A DNA stretch of 62,664 nucleotides, filler included. It is 6 parts of 6 records of this genome, joined end to end, with 100 filler letters (N's around TTAATTAATTAA, not from the genome) between each part and the next. Parts side by side here need not be neighbours in the genome. Positions count along the whole stretch, not along the records: positions 1 to 30,680 come from DRR723986_15255; 5 more parts are not named here. One strand, written 5' to 3'. Of the stretch, positions 19,320 through 28,291 are shown piece after piece. Below the pieces are notes generated by a model, which saw only the letters and a program-made list of their open reading frames with translations, searched no databases and was not told the DNA's origin. A program made the translations under genes and the position numbers. Position 1 is the stretch's first letter. Each line of letters opens with the position of its first letter.

Positions 19320-19739
19320 CTAAGCCGGCGGCCCTCGAGAGACAGCAACTGGCAAGTCTCCAGCGGTCGCACGTGCTAGTGGCTGGGCCGCACGATGTGC
19401 AGGCGGGCTGCCACAGCAGTTGAGGACCGGGAAAACCACGTCAGAAGAGTAGACGACATACAGTGCCTGACACACAACGCAGTGATCTTCATCATGCGAC
19501 GGGTGCTCGCCCTGCTTGGAATTGTCGGCGTCCGCCAAAGAAACCGACACGGGCCGGCAGCCCGAGTGGCTGCATCCACAAGGAGATGGGCCGAGGCGTT
19601 CCGGAGCATCCGCATGCTCGTACGTACGTGCCGCCGCGCCATGACAAGTTATGCCATGATGATGGATCGCGACCAGATTGCTCAATGCAACCTGCCCACA
19701 GATCAAAAGCGTTAAGAGGGTACGGACCGAGGGCGCCAT
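19320..19739 (-). CDS. His/Cys-rich small protein with CxxC and C-terminal RGPP (DUF2946/CruR-like candidate leader peptide, copy 1)
   Basis: Hydrophobic N-terminus, HHH, CGCSHSGC, HDEDHCVVC, ends VSRGPPA*. Confidence 0.8.
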   Translation of the reverse strand: MAPSVRTLLTLLICGQVALSNLVAIHHHGITCHGAAARTYEHADAPERLGPSPCGCSHSGCRPVSVSLADADNSKQGEHPSHDEDHCVVCQALYVVYSSDVVFPVLNCCGSPPAHRAAQPLARATAGDLPVAVSRGPPA

Positions 19740-20122
19740 TTGGGCTCAACAGTGGAACTTACTGGGTTTTGCAACGGTCCGACCAAGACTTGCGTTGTTC
19801 ACTGTGACTCGTCACCCTGCATTTGTCAAGTCCGACGAGATCTGTCGCAGATGCTATTCAGTAGCCCGCTTCGAAGTAGATGGGGGTTGCGAATACACTC
19901 CTCGAAATCCACGTCCCTTTGGAACTCGCAACCTCCTCCACCAGCCTCGATTTATAGCAGAACCCAGTAAATCCTCTCGTGACATATGATCTGGCGAAAC
20001 ATCCCAGCACTTTGAACGTAGGAAACGAAGCCTGTCACGAATGCGTGAACTATAGTTGACTGCGGGAAATTGCTCCGTCGACCCATGGCAAGCCTATTCC
20101 TCACTCGAGGTGCCTCTTCTCC

Positions 20123-20830
20123 ATGCACAACCATGCTCACGAACTGACCCTCGGTCTAGCCTTTTTCCTAGGCGCAGTTCACGCTCTCGAGCCAGGACAT
20201 GGCAAAACGGCAATGCTCGTTTATCTTTCCGGAGAGCGGAAGGGGTTTTGGCACCCCTTCGTCATGGGGATTTCCAGCGGCATCGCTCACTCAGTTTCCC
20301 TGATTGCGATCGCCATCGTTGTCCACCTGACGCAGCATGCTGTCACGGGAGATCACCACCACGAAGACGCTCGCGTCGTTTCGGCGATGCAGTGGATCAG
20401 CGGTTTGCTTGTATTGGCGATCGGTTGCTGGATGCTGGTGGGAGCAATTCGATCCAAACCGTCGCAATGTAGCTGCAAGAACCATCGTGGCGATGCTGAT
20501 TGCGAGCCAAAGCCACTTGGCAAACGTCGCAGCTACTCGATGAGCGCACTGCTGGGAGTCGCCTTCGGGCTTCTGCCGTGCCCCTCGGCCCTGGCGGCTT
20601 ACTTCACAAGCATGTCGACAGGCGCGCCGGTTGCAGCTTACGCAGTGATTGGGCTCTTTGCTGCTGGAATTGCCAGTTCACTCACTTCAGTAGGCTTACT
20701 GGTCCAACGTTTCGGCGATCGACTGTACAACCGCGAAAGCCGCCTAGCACGTCTGCCTTGGCCGCACATTCGAGCCATCCTGATCCTTTGCGTGGGCGCT
20801 CTCTACACGTATCGAGCTGCTATGGCTTAG
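20123..20830 (+). CDS. RcnA-like nickel/cobalt transporter (NiCoT-related)
   Basis: HALEPGHGKT, HS motif, GDHHHED loop, GLLPCPSAL; about 6 TM helices; N-terminal MHNHAH. Confidence 0.85.
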   Translation: MHNHAHELTLGLAFFLGAVHALEPGHGKTAMLVYLSGERKGFWHPFVMGISSGIAHSVSLIAIAIVVHLTQHAVTGDHHHEDARVVSAMQWISGLLVLAIGCWMLVGAIRSKPSQCSCKNHRGDADCEPKPLGKRRSYSMSALLGVAFGLLPCPSALAAYFTSMSTGAPVAAYAVIGLFAAGIASSLTSVGLLVQRFGDRLYNRESRLARLPWPHIRAILILCVGALYTYRAAMA

Positions 20831-22067
20831 GCGTGGGCTCTGACTGGCGAGGCATCGGAAAGATGATTTCGGCTCGTCGGAATGTCTCCGGGTCCAGCTT
20901 CTTGAATTCTGCCAACGCCTCCTTGGCGGGCGCGAGCGGACACCGACGCAAATAGTTGATTATCGGAAGCCGCATATACTGCTGATGCGGTTCGATATTG
21001 CGAAATCGTTTCGACAACTTTGAAACATAACGCCAGTCTTCCAGCCGCGCGAGGTCAGGGATCACGACATCTGCGAAGGCCGAGTCATCCAGCAAGACTG
21101 CCAGCGATGCACAGATATCCTTCTTATCGAGCACAGAGAACTCTTGGGTGTGAGCTCGAAGCGCGGAGACGGTCGAGAATCGCGCTGAGACTTCTGAATT
21201 TTTGTTGCCAAGTATTTTGTCCGTCACGTCCCGCAATGCATCCTTGCCGCCGAGCAGCAGATAGCACGAGATCGCGGCATCGAGCCCCAATTCATCCCGC
21301 TCGATCCCTGGAGTGGCTTTGCCTTGGGGGTTGAACACCATGCGTTTGACGAAATCAAGATCTTCCCTGCTGCCAGCAAGCCCTAAGACAGTCCAGTAGA
21401 ATCGCCGGAAGCTAAGTGATGTTTCCGCGTCGGCCAAACGCTTCTTAACTTCGCCCAGATCAACACCCTTAACCCAGGGCTGCAACTGTTCAACGGAAAC
21501 GGTTGCGAAAGCGTTGTAGGCATCTCGCTGCACCCAAGAATCACTCGATGCAAGCCCGCGCCAATACAGATCCAGCCATTGGTGCTCCGTGTCTCCACCC
21601 TCAGCGGCCCGACCAGCAAGCTTCTGCTGCAGGTCAACAACCGACTGAATGTACTCAAGCGCAGTCTTAGCGAGAGGTTCCGAAGGCGCCCAGTCAACCC
21701 CTTCGCTATCTCCAATCCCGAACATGAGCACCTTGTTGCCGTTGGCGAACTCCTTGTCTGAGTAGGCGCTCACCAGACTCCCCGGCGCAAAAACTGGCTT
21801 ACCCGAGAGCAACTTCGATTTGAATACTGTCTCGACTTCAAATGTGTGAATCGAAAACTCGGCGTCTTCCGCCGCAACCTGCTTGCAGTTTGCCAAAGCG
21901 ACGAAGTCTAGCTGTGAAAGTTCTTCGCGCAGGCTACTGGCAAGGGCAGTACAAAAAGGGCAAGCAACTACGCGAGCGGCTGAGAATGCAATGCAAATCC
22001 AAACCGCCATCGTGAATTGTAAGACACGGCATGAAACACGAAGTTTCGTTGGTTGCTGCACAGACAT
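20820..22067 (-). CDS. Secreted hypothetical protein with CPFC at the predicted mature N-terminus and a helical C-terminal region
   Basis: Signal peptide ending VVA-CPFC; long open frame; overlaps the 3' end of the convergent transporter gene by 11 nt. Confidence 0.7.
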   Translation of the reverse strand: MSVQQPTKLRVSCRVLQFTMAVWICIAFSAARVVACPFCTALASSLREELSQLDFVALANCKQVAAEDAEFSIHTFEVETVFKSKLLSGKPVFAPGSLVSAYSDKEFANGNKVLMFGIGDSEGVDWAPSEPLAKTALEYIQSVVDLQQKLAGRAAEGGDTEHQWLDLYWRGLASSDSWVQRDAYNAFATVSVEQLQPWVKGVDLGEVKKRLADAETSLSFRRFYWTVLGLAGSREDLDFVKRMVFNPQGKATPGIERDELGLDAAISCYLLLGGKDALRDVTDKILGNKNSEVSARFSTVSALRAHTQEFSVLDKKDICASLAVLLDDSAFADVVIPDLARLEDWRYVSKLSKRFRNIEPHQQYMRLPIINYLRRCPLAPAKEALAEFKKLDPETFRRAEIIFPMPRQSEPTPKP

Positions 22068-22193
22068 AGTGTTACCGCCAATGTGTTCGCTACCGAACGG
22101 AGTTAGCCAATCGACAACGCCAGACTGTAGTCGATGAGCTCATTTATTCTGGACTCACAAAACTGCGCTGCGAAATTTGCCGCGAAATCTTGC

Positions 22194-22670
22194 TCACGAC
22201 TTCCGCCTGCCGGCGGTCACCACACCTGAGCGACCTTGGATTTCAGCAACGATCAACAGACCGCAGCCTACCATGGGAAGCGCATGACAGAGAACACTGG
22301 ATAGCACCGGAGGAGCAGAAGATGGATACCCAGCGATGTAAGCAACCAGCTCGTCGCAACAACCCTCCGACGGTTGAACACCGGGCAAAAGAAGCACCAA
22401 CGCAAGTATGGTCACACTATAGCTGTGCTTCCAGCCAGAAACCACAGTTCTACAGAATATCCCGATGGTGCCCAAGAGAACCAGGGCCACAATAGCGAAT
22501 TGGTTCAGGGTTTGAAAACGAAGCACCGACTCTGCCAAAGCCATCGAATCCAATGCCAGCAACAGCACGACGCTTGAGTAACCCAGCACTCCACCAGCGA
22601 TCCACGGCAGAAACTCATCTGTCAAAAAGCCCGTCTTAACGGGCGTCCTTCGACGCACTGGTGAAGCCAT
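22194..22670 (-). CDS. Hypothetical membrane protein
   Basis: ATG 22670 lies 2 nt after the upstream stop; about 4 hydrophobic segments; GCCD and LCH motifs. Confidence 0.55.
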   Translation of the reverse strand: MASPVRRRTPVKTGFLTDEFLPWIAGGVLGYSSVVLLLALDSMALAESVLRFQTLNQFAIVALVLLGTIGIFCRTVVSGWKHSYSVTILALVLLLPGVQPSEGCCDELVAYIAGYPSSAPPVLSSVLCHALPMVGCGLLIVAEIQGRSGVVTAGRRKS

Positions 22671-22672
22671 CG

Positions 22673-24562
22673 CTACACAACTCCCAGGGCGGAATAGATG
22701 TAGCTGGTGAACAACTGGTAGGAATCTCTCCAAAAGACCAACACTAGGATCGTGCTGGTAAAGATCCACAGAGTTGCTGGCCATGACCTTGCGGCACCAA
22801 AACCCACTCGACCCGGCAGACCGCCGACGAGTGGTATTTGGCAAATGATCGACACCACTGCCGCCACAGCCAGTACAAGCAAGACCGTTTCATAACCGCA
22901 GGCTACGCCGACGAGAGCAAGGCTGAACGCCACGTTGGCTCGGTCATTCGGTTCGCGTGCAGCCCCTCCATATAGCTCGTTGGCAGGAGCACCTTCAACG
23001 GACACGTCACTCTGCTCACCTTCACACTCATCCGCACCGAGAGAACCCGCGCCGCTCGCGACTCCACCAGATTCACTTCCATGCGTCACCTGATCCCTCG
23101 CCTCATCTTGCTCGGTGTTGCCCGCTACCGCCTCTAACTTTGCAGCCGCACTGGCCGATACATCGACAAGATCGCCTGACGCGGCCGTGGAACTCGTTGA
23201 TCGAGGCGACAAAAACCAAAGCACTGGAGACGCTGCCAGGCCGACTAAGCCACCGAGCAAAGTAACAACGAGACTAGCTGGAATTGACGACGAGCCCCAA
23301 TCCTTCCAAGCGGGTGTGATCGGATTTAGGTGCCCAAACAGACTCACGAGGATCGCGGCAAGACCAATCGCGCACAGTCCACTTCGAAGCGGAACGCGAA
23401 ACTGATCGTAGTTGATCATCCCCCAGGCCAGCAGGGTTACCAGGACGATCATGTGGAAGAAATACAAACTGAGCAGATCCCACTTCGTATACAACAGGAT
23501 CCACACGATCCCGCTGTAAGTGTTCTCGGTCCGCACTGGCAAATTGGCTCCACCGGAGAGCAACTCGCGGAAATAGAAGATCACGAACACCAGGCCGACA
23601 ACGGCCTCGATGATTGGGTAGCGAGCTGAAATAGGAACACTACAGTTCCGGCATTTGCCACCCAGGCGAAGCCACGCCAGCACCGGAATGTTATCGATGC
23701 CAGAGATTTCTTCTTGACAGTTTGGGCAAGCCGACGAGGGCAGGAACAACGGGCGCCTGCGCGGCAGACGGAATATCACAACATTGAGAAAACTACCAAT
23801 GCTGGCTCCTGCGGCCAGGAAGATCAGCATCACTGCAACGGACACAGCGTGTAGACGAACCGATTCGGCAATTGTCATATCGGTCAGTCGCTTGATGCTG
23901 GCGGTCGACGGCCAAATCAAGTCTTGGATCATGGACACCGTAGGAACGGCAACCAGGTAGATAAACGCTGCGGATGCTAAGACGATCGCGACAGCATATC
24001 GTGACCAAAACGGTCGCGTTAAAGCCTCCTGCGGAAGGCCCTCTACCTGGTCCTCCGGTGCAATTACACTCTCACCTTGCACATCCATCTCATCTAGCCC
24101 TCCCGAACCGGAGGCTTCTGTGGTTGCTACTGCATTGCGGCGGTTGTGCACGCTCGCCGCCATTAACACAAAACTGAAACTGATCAGCGCATACAGAGCG
24201 AACAGGTGAGCCTGACAGTGCTCCCAAGTGAACAGACCTGCTGTGGAAACCACGATAACCACGGCCGTCATCGCTACGGAGCTCCATCGCTGGTTCGTCG
24301 CGGCCACGACCGCCAAAGCGAGAACGAAGCAAAGTCCGCAGATCAAGGCGGCGACTGCCCAGTGAGTAGGCTCGGTCGACAACTGACAGGTAAGCTGATG
24401 AAGGAGGACCGCAGCGGCCCCACAAGCAATGGAAGGCCACGCAGCTAAGCACGTATAGGTCAACCAAAGACTTGCAGTCCCACTGTTGCGACTCGGTGTA
24501 TGGTCAGCGGGAAGCTGGCTTCCGGTCTCAGCCCAATACGAAGTTGTAGATGTAGATTGCAT
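22673..24562 (-). CDS. A24 prepilin-peptidase-like membrane protein with an N-terminal multi-TM extension; catalytic motifs degenerate
   Basis: IGSFLNVVIFRLP...SACPNC...DNIPVLAWLRLGGKCRNC.VPISARYP (A24 N-terminal 4-Cys domain); start placed at ATG 24562 after AGGA. Confidence 0.8.
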   Translation of the reverse strand: MQSTSTTSYWAETGSQLPADHTPSRNSGTASLWLTYTCLAAWPSIACGAAAVLLHQLTCQLSTEPTHWAVAALICGLCFVLALAVVAATNQRWSSVAMTAVVIVVSTAGLFTWEHCQAHLFALYALISFSFVLMAASVHNRRNAVATTEASGSGGLDEMDVQGESVIAPEDQVEGLPQEALTRPFWSRYAVAIVLASAAFIYLVAVPTVSMIQDLIWPSTASIKRLTDMTIAESVRLHAVSVAVMLIFLAAGASIGSFLNVVIFRLPRRRPLFLPSSACPNCQEEISGIDNIPVLAWLRLGGKCRNCSVPISARYPIIEAVVGLVFVIFYFRELLSGGANLPVRTENTYSGIVWILLYTKWDLLSLYFFHMIVLVTLLAWGMINYDQFRVPLRSGLCAIGLAAILVSLFGHLNPITPAWKDWGSSSIPASLVVTLLGGLVGLAASPVLWFLSPRSTSSTAASGDLVDVSASAAAKLEAVAGNTEQDEARDQVTHGSESGGVASGAGSLGADECEGEQSDVSVEGAPANELYGGAAREPNDRANVAFSLALVGVACGYETVLLVLAVAAVVSIICQIPLVGGLPGRVGFGAARSWPATLWIFTSTILVLVFWRDSYQLFTSYIYSALGVV

Positions 24563-24697
24563 ACTGACACTTTTCCTGAAACGAGACCGCGCCACAGCAG
24601 CTTCGACTGTGGCACGGGGCGTCCGCCATTGGTCACATTGACCTAGCCCAACTAGCGCAACTCATCGTTACATCAAACTGGGCAAACATACCGGGCT

Positions 24698-26026
24698 CTA
24701 GCCACCAACGCTAATCAAACGCGTTGGCGTTCCACCAACCTTGAGAGTCGCTTGGACACTCCAGTCTCGAACCGAGATAACGGCGATCGTACCGTCGCCA
24801 GGATTCGAGACCAGCAAGAACCTGCTGCCAATTGCAGAAACACCGTGATGCCCACTGTGTCCCTGAATCTGACTCCGACCAACGCCGAGCGTCTTTATCG
24901 GGCTGGCATCAGACAAGTCTCCATCACGATTCGGATCGAGCTCAACAACGTGCATCTTCTCACCGTCGGCCTCGGCGTTCTCTTCGAATATGACCGCGTA
25001 CATCCTGCCCGCCCGAGTCTTCATGACCGTCGGCGTCAAAGCTGAGTTGCCTTCGCCGATCCCGAGAACCAGCTTTTGGCACGATGGTTTGGGACTCGAG
25101 GCGTCAATCATACAAAGCTCCGCGTCGGTGCCTCGTCCAGCAATGAACAGCACGTACTTCCCAAGGTTGGCAAATGCGCCGGTTCGCTTTGCTGTTCCAC
25201 TTGCATCCTGGCCGAGATCAATGTGGTGGACTTCTTGATCTTGCGAAGGAGCCGCTGTGCTCACCCAGCAAACACCTTCTGAAGGAGCAAAGAATGCTTT
25301 GCCGCTGTTGTACGTCGCCCCGTGAATTCCTCCTGAGGGAAGGAAAAACGAGCGCTCCACGTCGGATCCAGAATCTAGTCCGACGACATCAACCCGCCCC
25401 TTGTTTTCACCATCTCGATCGATCCAGGTCGAGTATCCCACTTTGTTCTTGCTGACGGCCAACGTAATGTGCCCACCGCCGGCTGAGAAGAACTGGTCAG
25501 GCTTGGAGCCCTTCCTAATGGCACTAGGTTGCACTCGAGTGAAGCCGTTTTTCTTGTCGTTAGCTAAGTACCAGCTATCGCCGTAGTGATACACGTGAGC
25601 GGGATTGCCTTGCTTGTCGTCTAACGTGACAAGCTTGACCGATGGTGCATCATCCAGATGCCAATGAAAGTGGTCCCCGTGAGACTCCTTCGTCGCACCG
25701 CTGTTAATGGCTACCCATCCACTTTGGAAGTTGCCGTCGTCATCGTCGCGTACGCCCAGCAGCACGAGCTCATCAATCGCCTTCATCTGGACAAGCATAT
25801 GACGCTCGGGATCAACTTCCGGATGCCCAGCCAATTCCTGCTTCTCGAGCGAATACTTGTCGCCCCTTTTTAAGTCGCCCCAATGGACCGTCTGCGTCTG
25901 GGTATCCTGCCAAAAAACCCTGGCGATCGTGCGCGGTTTCTTACCACTGGATGCTTCTTGCGCAGTGCCGACCGTGCTTCCGCAGGCAACGGCTGCACAG
26001 AGCGCTAATAGAACTTTTGATTTCAT
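24698..26026 (-). CDS. Secreted beta-propeller with clustered His motifs (AztD-like metal chaperone candidate)
   Basis: Signal peptide; ESHGDHFHWH, GNPAHVY, GGGHITLA, GIHGA, GHSGHHG; ends VGGTPTRL. Confidence 0.65.
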   Translation of the reverse strand: MKSKVLLALCAAVACGSTVGTAQEASSGKKPRTIARVFWQDTQTQTVHWGDLKRGDKYSLEKQELAGHPEVDPERHMLVQMKAIDELVLLGVRDDDDGNFQSGWVAINSGATKESHGDHFHWHLDDAPSVKLVTLDDKQGNPAHVYHYGDSWYLANDKKNGFTRVQPSAIRKGSKPDQFFSAGGGHITLAVSKNKVGYSTWIDRDGENKGRVDVVGLDSGSDVERSFFLPSGGIHGATYNSGKAFFAPSEGVCWVSTAAPSQDQEVHHIDLGQDASGTAKRTGAFANLGKYVLFIAGRGTDAELCMIDASSPKPSCQKLVLGIGEGNSALTPTVMKTRAGRMYAVIFEENAEADGEKMHVVELDPNRDGDLSDASPIKTLGVGRSQIQGHSGHHGVSAIGSRFLLVSNPGDGTIAVISVRDWSVQATLKVGGTPTRLISVGG

Positions 26027-26092
26027 ATCCGAATTGCTTTCTGTATTGAATTGAATGTCTTCTCGCTTGTTTCACCGAGAGTCGCGGCTGCG

Positions 26093-27745
26093 CTAGTTAT
26101 CTCGAATGCAGTACAAACGAGTTCCAGTGCGAACAACAATGCTGTCGCCCGACGCGATGGCCCCATAGACGATCGGGTCTCGAGCACTACTACGCGAGCT
26201 GGCTCGGCGGGCGGCAAAGCTCTCAGCCATCGCCTTTAGCTCAGCGGCATCAAGCGCTCCATCGCCGTTGGTGTCGATTCGCGGCAGCATCCTTTTGAAG
26301 TCTTCCGGCACTTCGTCGGCTGACAAGTTGCCATCACCGTTCTTGTCACCACGCATCATGGCGGCCATCATCCCACCACCAGGACGTCGCGTAGCACCTG
26401 AGCCAGAGTCAGATGAGCCCGGTTTGCCTGAGTCGGATGCACCATGCTTAGCGCCTTCAGATTGCCCGTGCTTAGCACCCTCAGATTGACCGTGAGATGA
26501 TTGGCCAGCGGCAGAGTGGCTAGTGGAAGAATGACCGTGCCCGTGCCCTCCGCCGGAGTTCTCAACGTAAGTCTCGGGCTTAGGAGGATTCTCGCTGTCC
26601 CACAACTGATTTGTTGCAATCAACGAGTACTCTTTACCGGCGGCGATCACTTGAGCGGTACCGTTCTTCGCGAAGACGTACAGTCGCCCTTGAGCAGCAA
26701 TTGGTGTCGCCCAGGACTCTCCCGACAGGCGCTTTCGATAACACGTCTCGCCAGTCTCGCCATCGACACAGGTCAGCACGCCGACTTTGTTGATGAAGTA
26801 AACATGACGACCAATTGCGACTGGACTTGCGTAGTCACTGATTGCTCGGTCAGCCCGCCACGCCACTGCCGGTGCACCGGATTCCATACTTGCTAGATCG
26901 ACGCAGCAGTTGGATCGAACCGACCCCTCTTTGGCGAACTCTGGCAATCGCGCTCCGATATAGATGTGGTCGCCAACGGGAGTCGGCGAAGGCACTGAGT
27001 TGCCGTCCAGCCCATCGACAGTCCAGAGTGCTTCACCGTTGCTGGCAGCGTAGGCCGTCAAGCTGCCGGCAGAACTAACAAGAACCTGAGACTTCCCATC
27101 GTGCTCCATAACGACCGGCGACGACCAACTCGAACCAGAAGGCCTCTCAGTTTTCCAATCAATCGCACCGGATTCTTTGTTTACGGCAACTAGATAGCTC
27201 GGTCCCTTGTGCTCAAGATTGAGGAAAAGGTGCGAGTCGTTTTGAGCGGGCGAACTTCCCAGTCCATGGTTGTTCTCGAACTTTCCAAGTTCATCGCTCA
27301 AGTTCCGCTTCCACAACTGCTCGCCAGCGTTACTGACGGCAACAATGTCACCGCTTTCGAAGAACGCGTAGACGCCGCGCTGGTCGGCAACAGGTGTCGG
27401 AGCGGCTCGCGATGCCATGTAGTTCGAAGCCGCTTTGGCCGATGCCTCCACCTCCTGCCGCCAAATCTCCGAACCGTCCTCCAGCGACAGACAAACTATC
27501 GCCAGGGTATCTTTCATCGGCCCAACAACGGCCGTCACGTAGACCTGCCCACCGACGATAACAGGCGTCGACTGACCGTAACCCGGCAGCTCCAACTGCC
27601 ACGCGATGCCGTTACCGGGTTCCCATTGACTCGGTAGCGGGCAGTCGGCTGCGCTGCTACCTCCATTTCGGAAGCTCGTCCAATCCCCCAGCGCGGTCAT
27701 CGGAGACAGCGCTAAGGCGACGAGTGCGATTGTTCTAGTTTTCAT
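26093..27745 (-). CDS. PQQ-binding-like beta-propeller with an inserted His-rich linker and EF-hand pair
   Basis: GDWTSFRNGG, GYGQSTPV, GSSWSSPV, YASPV; insert GHGHGH...DKNGDGNLSADE...DTNGDGALDAAE; ends RTGTRLYCI. Start reassigned to ATG 27745. Confidence 0.85.
   Translation of the reverse strand: MKTRTIALVALALSPMTALGDWTSFRNGGSSAADCPLPSQWEPGNGIAWQLELPGYGQSTPVIVGGQVYVTAVVGPMKDTLAIVCLSLEDGSEIWRQEVEASAKAASNYMASRAAPTPVADQRGVYAFFESGDIVAVSNAGEQLWKRNLSDELGKFENNHGLGSSPAQNDSHLFLNLEHKGPSYLVAVNKESGAIDWKTERPSGSSWSSPVVMEHDGKSQVLVSSAGSLTAYAASNGEALWTVDGLDGNSVPSPTPVGDHIYIGARLPEFAKEGSVRSNCCVDLASMESGAPAVAWRADRAISDYASPVAIGRHVYFINKVGVLTCVDGETGETCYRKRLSGESWATPIAAQGRLYVFAKNGTAQVIAAGKEYSLIATNQLWDSENPPKPETYVENSGGGHGHGHSSTSHSAAGQSSHGQSEGAKHGQSEGAKHGASDSGKPGSSDSGSGATRRPGGGMMAAMMRGDKNGDGNLSADEVPEDFKRMLPRIDTNGDGALDAAELKAMAESFAARRASSRSSARDPIVYGAIASGDSIVVRTGTRLYCIRDN
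26423..26494 (-). repeat. In-frame 24-bp tandem repeat (HGQSEGAK x2 + HGASDSGK)
   Basis: CTTAGCGCCTTCAGATTGCCCGTG (26447-26470) and CTTAGCACCCTCAGATTGACCGTG (26471-26494), plus a diverged copy at 26423-26446. Confidence 0.8.
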
Positions 27746-27786
27746 TCTCTTTATTTCTACTGTATGCAGTGTGTTGTTTTGAACGC

Positions 27787-27856
27787 GCACGGCGCGGCGA
27801 GGCGCCGTGTGAACGCAAAGGCCACCTAAGCCGCTCTTGGGCGAGATGGCCTTTGC
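27787..27856. other. Two adjacent intergenic stem-loops inside the operon
   Basis: GCACGGCGC/GCGCCGTGT (27787-27810) and GCAAAGGCCA/TGGCCTTTGC (27815-27856). Confidence 0.55.
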
Positions 27857-27871
27857 TTTGTCTTTGCGACG

Positions 27872-28291
27872 CTAGAGCCGGCGAACAGCCTTCTTGGGTA
27901 GCTCGATCAGGATCTTTTGCTCACTTGTCGGCCAGCTTAGGGCCAGCGGCGATTTCTCTGGGTCGGACCAAGGAGCTGCCAGACGCCAATCCCCGAGTGA
28001 CTCCACCACGACGCGATACTCAGTCACTTCAGAGCTAGGCACGTTTCCGTCGACAGCCATCATCCCCGCTACTCCAGCGGGGCCGGTAATACCCGTCATA
28101 ACAGGATCCGTTGTGTCCAAAGGAGCGAGCACTACCTGCACGTCAGGTACTGGATGCCCGTCAATCTGCACTTCGACATCGAAGTATGTTTCTTGAACAC
28201 CTCCTGCACCCGAGCAACCGGCGATACAGACAGCAAACAATCCAACTGGGAGAATCAGCGAGAATGCAGCCCGCTGCTTAGAGTTCATCAT
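27872..28291 (-). CDS. Small lipoprotein (carboxypeptidase-regulatory-like fold) of the type that follows DUF1559 genes
   Basis: Lipobox [36 protein letters not shown]; start overlaps the end of the DUF1559 gene. Confidence 0.7.
   Translation of the reverse strand: MMNSKQRAAFSLILPVGLFAVCIAGCSGAGGVQETYFDVEVQIDGHPVPDVQVVLAPLDTTDPVMTGITGPAGVAGMMAVDGNVPSSEVTEYRVVVESLGDWRLAAPWSDPEKSPLALSWPTSEQKILIELPKKAVRRL

Noticed and set aside
19740-20122. Fur/Zur box between leader 1 and the transporter
   Set aside because: No convincing AT-rich palindrome found by eye
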